Assembly: GCA_964406145.1 (NCBI GenBank)
Contig: CAYOQP010000007.1
Location: forward strand, 1-40,051
DNA: 40,051 nt
Direction: 5' to 3'
Source of the DNA: an uncultured Candidatus Saccharibacteria bacterium
Lineage (GTDB): Bacteria; Patescibacteriota; UBA1384; XYA2-FULL-43-10; 1-14-0-10-43-13
A program made the translations under genes and the position numbers. The notes beneath the pieces were generated by a model that had not been told where the DNA came from, ran no database searches, and saw only the letters and a list, made by a program, of their open reading frames with translations. Below are positions 1 to 8,497 of this stretch, piece after piece. Each line of letters starts with the position of its first letter. Position 1 is the first letter of the stretch.

Positions 1-105
1 TTCCGGAACTATCTTTCTGATCGTAGTCCGAATCTGCTCAAGAATTTCTCGGGTTTCTGCAGGGAAATTGGCGATGTATTTATCAATTGTTTTTGGACTA
101 TCCAT
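1..105 (-). CDS. Partial (N-terminal 35 aa) DUF1801/YdhG-like protein, running off the window edge
   Basis: Hand translation gives MDSPKTIDKYIANFPAETREILEQIRTTIRKIVPE, matching the 'IDeYIa.fP...r..L..iR..I....Pe' N-terminus of YdhG/DUF1801 proteins. Not in the ORF track. Confidence 0.75.
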   Translation of the reverse strand, partial: MDSPKTIDKYIANFPAETREILEQIRTTIRKIVPE

Positions 106-137
106 ATTCAAATCTTATCTTCTGAGACTATTTTCGT

Positions 138-165
138 CAAACAGCTCACGTGGGTGAGCTGTTTG
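138..165. terminator. Perfect 12-bp hairpin between two minus-strand genes
   Basis: CAAACAGCTCAC-gtgg-GTGAGCTGTTTG; no strong U-tract. Confidence 0.45.
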
Positions 166-192
166 GTATTCGATCACATTGCGTCGGATAAA

Positions 193-429
193 TTACATAT
201 GCAACATTGAAAACACTTTGTGGAGCAAAAATGCTGGCCAGACAAGGGCTTTCAGAATAGCAACGACGACAGGCCAGAAGCCACTGACTTGCTGGATATA
301 ATAGACAGCAACCCCGATCATGCCGAGACAATAAACTGCACCCCAATTTTCTCCGCCACGGCTGCCATGATGTCGCCACTTTTTCGGATCACAACACTCC
401 ATCTCTTTTTCTTTTTTTTCTTCAGTCAT
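193..429 (-). CDS. Small membrane protein (78 aa)
   Basis: Two hydrophobic segments (AVYCLGMIGVAVYY; FWPVVVAILKALVWPAFLL); SD AGGAG upstream. Confidence 0.75.
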   Translation of the reverse strand: MTEEKKEKEMECCDPKKWRHHGSRGGENWGAVYCLGMIGVAVYYIQQVSGFWPVVVAILKALVWPAFLLHKVFSMLHM

Positions 430-450
430 AACACTCCTACTAGATAAATA

Positions 451-1161
451 TTAAGGAACTAATTTAAATTGATTCATCACATAAGCAGCAATAGTATTCG
501 GATCTTTAACGAAAGCAAAAGTATTTACGCCATTTGCAAGAGTAACAGAGCCAAGGTCATACCATTTCCAGCCCTTGGTGTCCTCGGAAACATGAACATA
601 TTTTATATTCTGAGAGCCATTAATAGTAATTGTTGCGTTTCTGGCACCATCAAAATGAACTGCATCATCAGACAATTTGACCCAGAGTCGATATGTACCA
701 CCAGTAGCCACTTCGATATTGTATGTAGCTGTTGCGCCGTCATCGCCAAGATAGGCCTCGCCAAAACCGTTGTCTCTCTCAATATTTGAGATATTGGAAA
801 AATAGCCAGCATTAGTCAAAGTACCAGAGATACCATTGACCAAGATGGTTCCAGCCGGATCAGCAACTTCTTTCTTTTCCTCTGTCACCCCGCCAGTCGT
901 CGTTGCGCGATTGAGCATTCCACTTATAATCGAAGCACCATCCTTTGTTGGCACTGTCAAAATAGTAACAACGGCGGCCACTAAAACAAAGGCCGAAGCA
1001 GTCATGGCTTGAGGAATACCGAGCTTCATTTTACGAAGCGCAAAAACAAGTATGGCCCAAACTGCCGCAATCAAAATAGTGATGAACGGTTTGTGTTCGA
1101 TGCCAGACCAGATCACAGTCGCAAAACTAGCCAAATAAACAGCAACATTCAAACTAAGCAT
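451..1161 (-). CDS. Membrane protein with 3 N-terminal TM helices and a C-terminal beta-sandwich (CBM6/35-like) domain
   Basis: Hydrophobic N-terminus; C-terminal 'ATYNIEVATGGTYRLWVK...ATITING...WKWYDLGSVTLANGVNTF' pattern typical of CBM6/35-like folds; SD AGGAG. Confidence 0.65.
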   Translation of the reverse strand: MLSLNVAVYLASFATVIWSGIEHKPFITILIAAVWAILVFALRKMKLGIPQAMTASAFVLVAAVVTILTVPTKDGASIISGMLNRATTTGGVTEEKKEVADPAGTILVNGISGTLTNAGYFSNISNIERDNGFGEAYLGDDGATATYNIEVATGGTYRLWVKLSDDAVHFDGARNATITINGSQNIKYVHVSEDTKGWKWYDLGSVTLANGVNTFAFVKDPNTIAAYVMNQFKLVP

Positions 1162-1169
1162 AAAATCTC

Positions 1170-1334
1170 CTAGTCGTTATTATCGTTAAATGAACTAAAT
1201 GACTGCGACTCTGTGCCATCGTAGAGATCCTTTTCGACAAACTTTTTAGGACGCTCCTTAGCATTTGTGTAAGTGCCCTTGGCATTCCAATTTTTGATCA
1301 CACCGATCTTTTTTAAAAAATCAATCAACCCCAT
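1170..1334 (-). CDS. Small hypothetical protein (54 aa), below the ORF-track cutoff
   Basis: MGLIDFLKKIGVIKNWNAKGTYTNAKERPKKFVEKDLYDGTESQSFSSFNDNND; AAGGA SD upstream; its stop overlaps the SD of the next gene. Confidence 0.65.
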   Translation of the reverse strand: MGLIDFLKKIGVIKNWNAKGTYTNAKERPKKFVEKDLYDGTESQSFSSFNDNND

Positions 1335-1481
1335 AAATCTTCCTTATTAAACTTAACATTAACACCATAATATCCTCTAGTAAAAGCCATTTCAAGATAA
1401 ATAAAATATGGCTTTCGATTTACAGAATAGTACATTTCTGTTATGGTGTGGCAACGAAACTCGACACAGGGGGATCAAGCC

Positions 1482-2012
1482 GTGTTCAATCTTGATGAAC
1501 TTATTCCGAGCTTAGTTGCTCGATCAATCCTAGACATCGACTTCTCGATGCTCGCAGGACTCGGCAGAACAAAAGTGCTTACTGATCTTGATGGCACTTT
1601 AGCCGCAGTCCTATCCGAAAAGTACGACCAGCGAGTCATCGACCATCTGCTTAGCGCTAAAGCAAACGGCTTCATCACAGACATGTGCGTCTTCTCGAAC
1701 ACTGGATTGGCCTGCTATGTGCCTCGTGTTCGCAGAATAGCTGCACGTCTCAACGCCAAACATATGGCATGTTACTGGCCGTTACCGATGAAACCGAAGG
1801 AGAAGGCATTTAGATCGGCTATGGCCACAATTGACGGCAATGCCGACGACACCGTCATGATCGGTGATCAGCTCCGCAAGGATATCCTGGGAGCCAATCG
1901 CATCGGCATAATGAGCATCCTTGTCGAAACCGTCCCGCCGATCCCTTTCTGGAAGAGACGGACACATAAGAAGGATACAATCCTTTGCCAGCAACTTGGC
2001 ATTAAATTCTGA
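1482..2012 (+). CDS. YqeG-like HAD family IIIA phosphatase
   Basis: DLDGTL motif I, SN motif II, KP motif III, MIGDQLRKDILGANRIG motif IV. GTG at 1482 is preferred over 1443 because AGGGGG SD precedes it. Confidence 0.85.
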   Translation: MFNLDELIPSLVARSILDIDFSMLAGLGRTKVLTDLDGTLAAVLSEKYDQRVIDHLLSAKANGFITDMCVFSNTGLACYVPRVRRIAARLNAKHMACYWPLPMKPKEKAFRSAMATIDGNADDTVMIGDQLRKDILGANRIGIMSILVETVPPIPFWKRRTHKKDTILCQQLGIKF

Positions 2013-2117
2013 TGATTGGCCGTCATCAGTGCTATTACTCCGCCGGATACCCAACAGTACTCCGGCAAGGCCCGAAGCAATCAATTACTTTATTACTTCG
2101 GGCCTTGAATGCCTCAA

Positions 2118-2155
2118 ATACAAAACGCCCCAAATTAATCAGGGCGTTTTTGTAT
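2118..2155. terminator. Bidirectional intrinsic terminator between convergent genes
   Basis: ATACAAAACGCCC...GGGCGTTTTTGTAT inverted repeat with A/T tracts. Confidence 0.7.
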
Positions 2156-2179
2156 CAAAAACAAAGTTTGATCGAAAAG

Positions 2180-2320
2180 TTATTTGCCGATTCGGAAAAC
2201 TTTAGTGCCACAAGCTGGACATTCACCCTTTGTTGCTGGCTTTCCGTTCTTCATTGTGATCTGCTCTGGGTTCTTGACCTCAACCTTAGCTTTACACTTT
2301 ACGCAGTATGCTTCTACCAT
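2180..2320 (-). CDS. DUF5679-like small zinc-ribbon protein (46 aa), not in the ORF track
   Basis: MVEAYCVKCKAKVEVKNPEQITMKNGKPATKGECPACGTKVFRIGK with two CxxC pairs; very strong SD AAGGAGGTGA. Confidence 0.88.
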   Translation of the reverse strand: MVEAYCVKCKAKVEVKNPEQITMKNGKPATKGECPACGTKVFRIGK

Positions 2321-2415
2321 TTAACTCACCTCCTTCCGTTGTTTTTTTACCCCTCCTACTTTCAACTCACTGTGGAGGAAGAAAATATTTGGAGATTATT
2401 TTGTTCTCACTATTC

Positions 2416-2445
2416 ATTGTATTCGTGCGACGAAGCATCTGTCAA
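2416..2445 (-). promoter_or_regulatory. Sigma70-type promoter for the zinc-ribbon gene
   Basis: Minus strand TTGACA-18 nt-TACAAT. Confidence 0.6.
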
Positions 2446-2571
2446 GGAAATTGAGATCAATTGAGATCAGAAAAATGTCCGATCTTGATAAGCACAAAAA
2501 GATAGTCCCTGATTGAATATTTTCATAATCACGTTCAAAACAGTAGCCTAAATAAAAAATTTGCCTCTCGG

Positions 2572-2580
2572 TTATCCACA
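2572..2580 (+). promoter_or_regulatory. Single consensus DnaA box
   Basis: TTATCCACA in an intergenic region. Confidence 0.4.
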
Positions 2581-2615
2581 AACCGTGAGGCAAATTTATA
2601 AAAAAGTCGAGTAAT

Positions 2616-3074
2616 TTAGTTCGTCGGAGTAGATTCTTCGGAAAATCCAACAATCGCAGCTAACTCAGAAAGTGATTTGGCACCACTATATTTCTTGCCC
2701 TGATATATCCATGTTGGGTAGCCTTCAATGCCTTGAGCAACACATTCGTCTGGATTGGCATTTGGTCCCTGAGCATCACACTCGACATAATCGACATATT
2801 GAAAAGCGTCGCCGAAATCCTTCTTCTGATCTTGGCAATGAGGGCACCAATAAGCACCATAGAGCACCATGCCCTTCTCAGTCATGAATTTTGCCAATTT
2901 TTCTATATAAGCGTTGTCCTTCTTCTGATTTGTCGAAACACCCGCAATTGTACCATTTTCGTTAGACTTATTATCGGCCGTCTTCTTGTCTTTACCAATA
3001 AAAAACAAGAGTGTGCCGCCGACTATAATAACCAAAGCAACGACTAATAGAAAAATTTTTGTACTGCGATTCAT
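2616..3074 (-). CDS. Membrane-anchored thioredoxin-like protein (VKOR-associated Trx type)
   Basis: N-terminal TM anchor; YGAYWCPHC active site, second Cys pair (VECD...DEC) and GYPTW cis-Pro motif. Confidence 0.85.
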   Translation of the reverse strand: MNRSTKIFLLVVALVIIVGGTLLFFIGKDKKTADNKSNENGTIAGVSTNQKKDNAYIEKLAKFMTEKGMVLYGAYWCPHCQDQKKDFGDAFQYVDYVECDAQGPNANPDECVAQGIEGYPTWIYQGKKYSGAKSLSELAAIVGFSEESTPTN

Positions 3075-3682
3075 ATCTCTCCTAATAAGCTATTGTTGTT
3101 CTCATCGTAAGTGATATTTTCTTTTTTGTCAAAGACAAATTTACCGTCTAAAAAATCAAATGAAAGTCTTATGGCTTTTTGAAGTGGATCCGAATCATAG
3201 TTTCTCATATCTACGAAGAGAATATCATCCTTAATCTGAAAATTTGGCACGTCTGAAACAACACTGGAATATTGCTCTTCGCCGTCCTGAAAATTGATTG
3301 ATTCGAGTGTCCCAATATTGACAAGCTCAAGATTCTGACTATGGACTCCAACGACTCCCTTGAGACATATTGCCTTAATATCGCCAACAGTTATAAGAGG
3401 TCTTTCGCATTGGTCTACTTCGTCTTCGAAGCCAGATAGGGGCAATATTTTTTCAGCACGATTTTTCTGCCTAGAGATCACCCAGGTATCTTGACCGGAT
3501 TTGCGATATTTAATGATCTTGTACGTTTCGGCCGTGCCAAGATCTAATTTCTTTTCAGTAATCAATTGACCAAGATCAACATCTTGATCAGCCTTAATGA
3601 GTGTAACACCAAAATAACAAGAGACTAAAAGCACGCCAACAAAAACTGATAGGAGAATTTCTTTTCTCATTGCCCCACACAT
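3071..3682 (-). CDS. Hypothetical exported protein
   Basis: N-terminal hydrophobic anchor or signal; 4-nt overlap with the downstream thioredoxin gene. Start could be 3682 or the ATG at 3670. Confidence 0.7.
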   Translation of the reverse strand: MCGAMRKEILLSVFVGVLLVSCYFGVTLIKADQDVDLGQLITEKKLDLGTAETYKIIKYRKSGQDTWVISRQKNRAEKILPLSGFEDEVDQCERPLITVGDIKAICLKGVVGVHSQNLELVNIGTLESINFQDGEEQYSSVVSDVPNFQIKDDILFVDMRNYDSDPLQKAIRLSFDFLDGKFVFDKKENITYDENNNSLLGEI

Positions 3683-3707
3683 TTACTAATATAGTGTATT
3701 TAGAACT

Positions 3708-5900
3708 TTATTTGATTGGCGGCCATTTTGCAACCATGACTGATGGGCCCAAATCTGTGTATATCTTTCGAAGCTCTTGCCAGACGGCCTCAGTCACAAA
3801 CGGCATAAAAGGATGAAGCATCACGATTGACTCGGAAAGAATCTTGATCAAAAGCTTGCTCGTATTCTCTCTGGTTTTTGCGTCTTCGATCTGGGGTTTG
3901 GATGCTTCTATATAAGTGTCGCAAAAATCATGCCAGAAATAGTGGTACAATTCCTCGCCAGCATGGGAAAAATTGTAAGCTTTAATATTCTTCTCGACGT
4001 TTTTAATGACCGACTGATGCTTTTTCCAGATAGCCTTGTCGGCGGCTGTGAATTTATTTTCATCAAAATTGAGATCGCTAATCTTAATATCTCCGACTGC
4101 ACCGGTTTGCAGGTCGCCATCGGTAACGCGCAAGAGAACAAATCTGGAGGCATTCCAGATCTTGTTGGAGAAATTGCGCATACCCTTGATCTTCTCCTCC
4201 GAGATGACAACATCGTTACCAGCGGTCGTGCCGAAAACTAGCGCCATACGGACAGCATCGGGACCATAAAGATCGGAAACACCAAGAGGATCAATGACAT
4301 TACCCTTTGATTTGCTCATTTTCTGGCGATCCTTGTCGCGAACCAAACCATGCAGATAAACATTTTCGAATGGAACTTTGTCATTGACGTAGAGCCCAAG
4401 CATGATCATGCGGGCAACCCAGAAGAATAATATGTCCCAACCCGTTTCCATGACAGTCGTCGGGTAAAATTTGTCGAAGTCTTGAGCTACTTTGCTTGTC
4501 TGCAAAGTCGCAAAAGGCCACTGACCAGAAGAAAACCAGGTATCAAACACATCAGAATCTTGAGTTAACTTCTTGGAATTACACTTTGGGCATTCTGTCG
4601 GCACTCCACCATCAGTGACTATCGATTCGCCACAATCGCAGTACCAAACCGGCAACTGGATTCCCCATACAATCTGTCGAGAGACGTTCCAATCGCGAAT
4701 ATTATTCATCCAATGTTTATAAATTTTCTCAAACTTTGGTGTGACAAATTTGGTATCGCCTTTTTTGACAGCCTCGATCGCATCCTTGGCCAAAGTCTTG
4801 CCAGATTTCGCACCTTTTTTGTTCACGGCGATGAACCACTGAGGTAAAACGCGTGGCTCGATAACAGTGTTACACTTGTAGCACTTGGCAACAGTGTGAA
4901 TATAATTGGCATCAATTTTTTCGATCAATCCTCCGTTCTGTAAATCCGCAACGACTTTTTCACGAGCTTCCTTAATCTTCATTCCTTTATACTCGCCAGC
5001 AATGTCATTCATGCGGCCAAATTGGTCAATCACTTGAATAATTTCTAAGTTTTGACGCTTGGCGACCTCAAAATCATTGGGATCATGAGCTGGAGTAATC
5101 TTGACGGCACCAGTGCCAAACTTGATATCAACCATTTCGTCAGCGATAACCGGAATTTCTCTGTCGGTCAAAGGCAGTGGGACATTTTTGCCGATCATAT
5201 GGCTATAGCGCTTGTCTTTAGGATTGACCGCTATAGCGACATCGCCAAACATCGTCTCCGGTCGGACTGTCGCAACAATGATTTCGCCATATTTAATATA
5301 GTAGAGTGGATCTGATAATTCTTCATGCTTAAGCTCTAGATCTGACAAAGAGGTCTGATGCTTCGTACACCAGTTAACCGGACGAACATCGCGATAGGCC
5401 AAGCCATCATCATGCAATTTCTTGAATGTCTGATAGACAGTCTTAATGATATCTGGATCAAGGGTAAATTTTCCCCTTGACCAATCGCAGGAAGCACCAA
5501 GACGCTTGAGCTGATCTTCCATAACTTGCTTATTTTTCTGAGTAAATTCAAAAGTTTCTTTATAAAGCTGATCGCGAGGAATTTCGAATCGATTGCGACC
5601 CTCTTTTTCAAGCTTCTTCTCGAAAACTACCTGCGTCTCGAAACCAGCGTGATCAGCACCGGGTAGCCACAAGGCGGCCTTACCACAAAGTCTAGCGTAT
5701 CGAGTCATAATATCTTCAATAGTCACAAATACTGCGTGACCGAGATGAAGCGAGCCATTGGCATTTGGTGGCGGCATGATGACACAAAAGGGCTCACCCT
5801 GAGGATTGATCTCCGGCTTGAAATAGCCAGCTTTTTCCCATTGGTCATAAATATTGGCTTCAAATTCTTGATGATTGTATGTTTTGGCAATTTCTTTCAT
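3708..5900 (-). CDS. valS: Valine--tRNA ligase (short form lacking the C-terminal coiled coil)
   Basis: PPPNANGSLHLGH (HIGH), DWNVSRQIVWG, DVFDTWFSS, KMSKS; 730 aa. Confidence 0.97.
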   Translation of the reverse strand: MKEIAKTYNHQEFEANIYDQWEKAGYFKPEINPQGEPFCVIMPPPNANGSLHLGHAVFVTIEDIMTRYARLCGKAALWLPGADHAGFETQVVFEKKLEKEGRNRFEIPRDQLYKETFEFTQKNKQVMEDQLKRLGASCDWSRGKFTLDPDIIKTVYQTFKKLHDDGLAYRDVRPVNWCTKHQTSLSDLELKHEELSDPLYYIKYGEIIVATVRPETMFGDVAIAVNPKDKRYSHMIGKNVPLPLTDREIPVIADEMVDIKFGTGAVKITPAHDPNDFEVAKRQNLEIIQVIDQFGRMNDIAGEYKGMKIKEAREKVVADLQNGGLIEKIDANYIHTVAKCYKCNTVIEPRVLPQWFIAVNKKGAKSGKTLAKDAIEAVKKGDTKFVTPKFEKIYKHWMNNIRDWNVSRQIVWGIQLPVWYCDCGESIVTDGGVPTECPKCNSKKLTQDSDVFDTWFSSGQWPFATLQTSKVAQDFDKFYPTTVMETGWDILFFWVARMIMLGLYVNDKVPFENVYLHGLVRDKDRQKMSKSKGNVIDPLGVSDLYGPDAVRMALVFGTTAGNDVVISEEKIKGMRNFSNKIWNASRFVLLRVTDGDLQTGAVGDIKISDLNFDENKFTAADKAIWKKHQSVIKNVEKNIKAYNFSHAGEELYHYFWHDFCDTYIEASKPQIEDAKTRENTSKLLIKILSESIVMLHPFMPFVTEAVWQELRKIYTDLGPSVMVAKWPPIK

Positions 5901-5982
5901 ATGTAATTTTTATACCAGAAATGTAAGGACAATTCTACTGAAGCCTTGTTTTATTTTAGTGGGATGTCTTTAATTAGAAAAT

Positions 5983-7365
5983 TTAGGCGAAATGACGCTT
6001 TTTTTCGATTTTTTCGAGATAGCTGATTCGCCACGCTATATCGTGAATAGCTTCCTTTTTGAGGGCGATAAAAGCATTTCTAGAAGTATAGAAATAATCC
6101 GAAGGAGAATCAGTCTTGAACATTGGCTTTCTGTCTCTATTTTCGCGGGTCATGATTGCGACTGGATAATCCTCGAAGCCAAGCTCCCAAAGAATCTGGC
6201 CCTCCTCCGACTCGTCAAATGTCATCATTTTGAGTATTTGATATTTAAGATTTTTCTTGATCCTACGATTGGGCTCCTCTTTGGGCTTAAAATAGTTGAC
6301 CGAATCTTCTAAGATCTTTTTCAGCGCATCAACCGGCGTCACCTTATTCTTGACCAATTGATTGATCACTTTTAGCCGCATCAGAGGACTGCCTTCCAAC
6401 CTTTCTGGTCGGCCATAATTCTTCAATGCCTGGCAAACCTCCTCGTCATTTACAACCGAAAGACCAGAAGAGACATTATAGATAAGATCATTAACAAACG
6501 TCGAAAACCAGTCGTAGAAAGAGTGGCTAAATATTACAAACATCATGATTAATATCACAAGAACATATGATCGAAAGTTTGCCTCAATTTCCGAAACCAA
6601 AAATGCTAACAAATAAATAATTATAATTAAAATTATTGATGCAGTTTTTATAAAAAATGCTTTATCGAATAATTGTTTTATGGAAATTAATAAGAAGTAT
6701 TTAACAATTGAATAAATAAATATTAAGAGAGAAATACTTATACCAGAAGAGTACAATAAATCTGTTGTATTTATGTAAAAATGATAAGAAAAGGCTACTA
6801 TTATGCCAGTGGCCAGAAGAAAAAAACCACTCAAACTTGGCAAAAAGTACTTCCAAAAATTTTCTTTGATTCGCAATATACAGTTCCAAATTCCAAATGA
6901 GACATACAGACAAACAAAAGTGATTGATGGTATTAGCATTACTCCGGGTTCGAATCCATCAATTCTACGAAAATCATTAAAACGAACACTGTTTTCCCGC
7001 AAGATTAACCCGCCCTTTATGTCGATAATATACAGAAAAATGACTGCCAAATAACCCAAAAACAACAGCGCTTTGTCGGAAGTGCTTATTTTTTTCTTAA
7101 TATAAAGACTAGCATGATAATAAAAAATCGGGGCGAAGAATATCGGCCAATCAGTAATTTTTTGCCAAATTGTATAGGATCTAACATCTGGCGACTGCAA
7201 AAGAATAGAATCGGTAAAAATTGTAATGCCGTATCCCACTATAATCGCAAAAGTTATCCATGATAATTTTTTATAAGGATCTTTTGATAATATATATGTG
7301 GCAACCCAGAGAAAAATAAATCCCAGAAAAAGTTCAAAATAATCCCTTATTGCAAGATTAATCAT
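5983..7365 (-). CDS. Multi-TM (HisKA_7TM-like) sensor fused to a cytoplasmic helical domain ending in a sigma4/HTH-like motif; putative one-component regulator
   Basis: About 9 hydrophobic segments in the first ~285 aa. The C-terminus 'ALKNY..PERLEGSPL...LKKILEDSV...KYQILK...QILWELGF...SRNAFIALKKEAIHDIA' resembles RinA/ArpU/sigma4-type HTH termini. SD GAGGAGG. Confidence 0.65.
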   Translation of the reverse strand: MINLAIRDYFELFLGFIFLWVATYILSKDPYKKLSWITFAIIVGYGITIFTDSILLQSPDVRSYTIWQKITDWPIFFAPIFYYHASLYIKKKISTSDKALLFLGYLAVIFLYIIDIKGGLILRENSVRFNDFRRIDGFEPGVMLIPSITFVCLYVSFGIWNCILRIKENFWKYFLPSLSGFFLLATGIIVAFSYHFYINTTDLLYSSGISISLLIFIYSIVKYFLLISIKQLFDKAFFIKTASIILIIIIYLLAFLVSEIEANFRSYVLVILIMMFVIFSHSFYDWFSTFVNDLIYNVSSGLSVVNDEEVCQALKNYGRPERLEGSPLMRLKVINQLVKNKVTPVDALKKILEDSVNYFKPKEEPNRRIKKNLKYQILKMMTFDESEEGQILWELGFEDYPVAIMTRENRDRKPMFKTDSPSDYFYTSRNAFIALKKEAIHDIAWRISYLEKIEKKRHFA

Positions 7366-7389
7366 CCATCCTCCTCATTCCGATTGCAA

Positions 7390-8361
7390 TTATTTGATAC
7401 TATTTAGTTTATCCAATGTTTCCATCTTTCTTATTATGAAATTCCCTTTTTTCAAGAGCTCTTTTTCATCATTTAACTTTTCTTCAATCCAAGTATCAAG
7501 CTCTTTAGTGGCAGCATTTTTCCCTAATAATTCTTGCGCAACAACCTTACCAGACAAGCAAGCGGCATATATGCCCTTGCCCGTTAAGCCGTTAGTAAGT
7601 CCGGCTGCATCACCAGCTAGAAATATATTCTTAAATTTATAACCCTTATAATCAAAATTAATTATAAAACCTTCAAACTTAGCAGTTGTTAAATCAACGC
7701 CAATTTTTTTAATCCATTTATCAAGATTTTTTCGGACATTCTTCATACATGAGCATGAGGAGTCTACGCATGCTCCGACTGAAGAGAAGTTCTTATTTGG
7801 AAATAACCAGGCATAACCCTTTTCAAATAAAGGCTCGTCGGCATATAGCTCAAATTTTTCGCAACAAGATCTGGTTATATATTGAACGGCCGAGAGATAT
7901 TTCTTCGTCGGTATGTTCAAGTACCGACGCACAATCGAATTAGCACCATCGGCGCCTATTAGATAATCAAAACAGAACTCTTCGCCCGTAGAAATAACGA
8001 CTGATTCCTGTTTTATCTCCTTAACTTTTGCTCCCAATTTTAGTTCAATATTAGACACACCAGATAGGCCAGCTACCCACTTTTTTATTAAATTTGGTCT
8101 ATCTATTGAGGATATTAAGCCTCGGCCAGCAGGCATCTGAATTTTTCGATTATTTGCACAAAGAAAAACTGGTTCAAGAGAGTAGTTCATTTCTAGCGGG
8201 GAAATAAACATCGTATCTTGTTTTGTGACCCCAGAGGCACAAACCTTTTGTCCAAAATCGGAATTTTTCTCCAAAATAAGAACATTAAAATCAGATCTTG
8301 CCAATTCTCTTGCACACGCAAGTCCTGCGAAAGAAGCACCGATTATGATAACTTTTTTCAT
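7390..8361 (-). CDS. Geranylgeranyl-reductase-family FAD-dependent oxidoreductase
   Basis: IIIGASFAG Rossmann motif, KVCASG (GGR PCG-like), IGADGANSIVR, GYAWLFP (YxWxFP), AGDAAG...TGKGI. Confidence 0.85.
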   Translation of the reverse strand: MKKVIIIGASFAGLACARELARSDFNVLILEKNSDFGQKVCASGVTKQDTMFISPLEMNYSLEPVFLCANNRKIQMPAGRGLISSIDRPNLIKKWVAGLSGVSNIELKLGAKVKEIKQESVVISTGEEFCFDYLIGADGANSIVRRYLNIPTKKYLSAVQYITRSCCEKFELYADEPLFEKGYAWLFPNKNFSSVGACVDSSCSCMKNVRKNLDKWIKKIGVDLTTAKFEGFIINFDYKGYKFKNIFLAGDAAGLTNGLTGKGIYAACLSGKVVAQELLGKNAATKELDTWIEEKLNDEKELLKKGNFIIRKMETLDKLNSIK

Positions 8362-8462
8362 ATTTAAAGATAGTTCCTTGTTTCAGAATTATAATATCAC
8401 CTATTTGGCACAAAAAACTACAGCTAAAAATCTAAAATATCAGCACATTAAAAAGATGAACA

Positions 8463-8491
8463 TTGCCTATAGCGATAAATCAATTTATAAT
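8463..8491 (+). promoter_or_regulatory. Sigma70 promoter, probably producing a leaderless ubiA-like mRNA
   Basis: TTGCCT-17 nt-TATAAT, then 6 nt to ATG 8498; no SD. Confidence 0.6.
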
Positions 8492-8497
8492 ATTATC

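Noticed and set aside
2012-2464. 150-aa plus-strand ORF
   Set aside because: It crosses a terminator and is antisense to the convincing zinc-ribbon gene.
2321-2615. Replication origin
   Set aside because: Only one clear DnaA box, and no dnaA/dnaN context.
8225-8497. 359-aa long version of the UbiA ORF
   Set aside because: The extension overlaps the opposite-strand reductase and the divergent promoter region; promoter spacing supports ATG 8498.
8362-8497. ComX-like peptide precursor for the prenyltransferase
   Set aside because: No small ORF with a credible start was found, and UbiA is a different family from ComQ.
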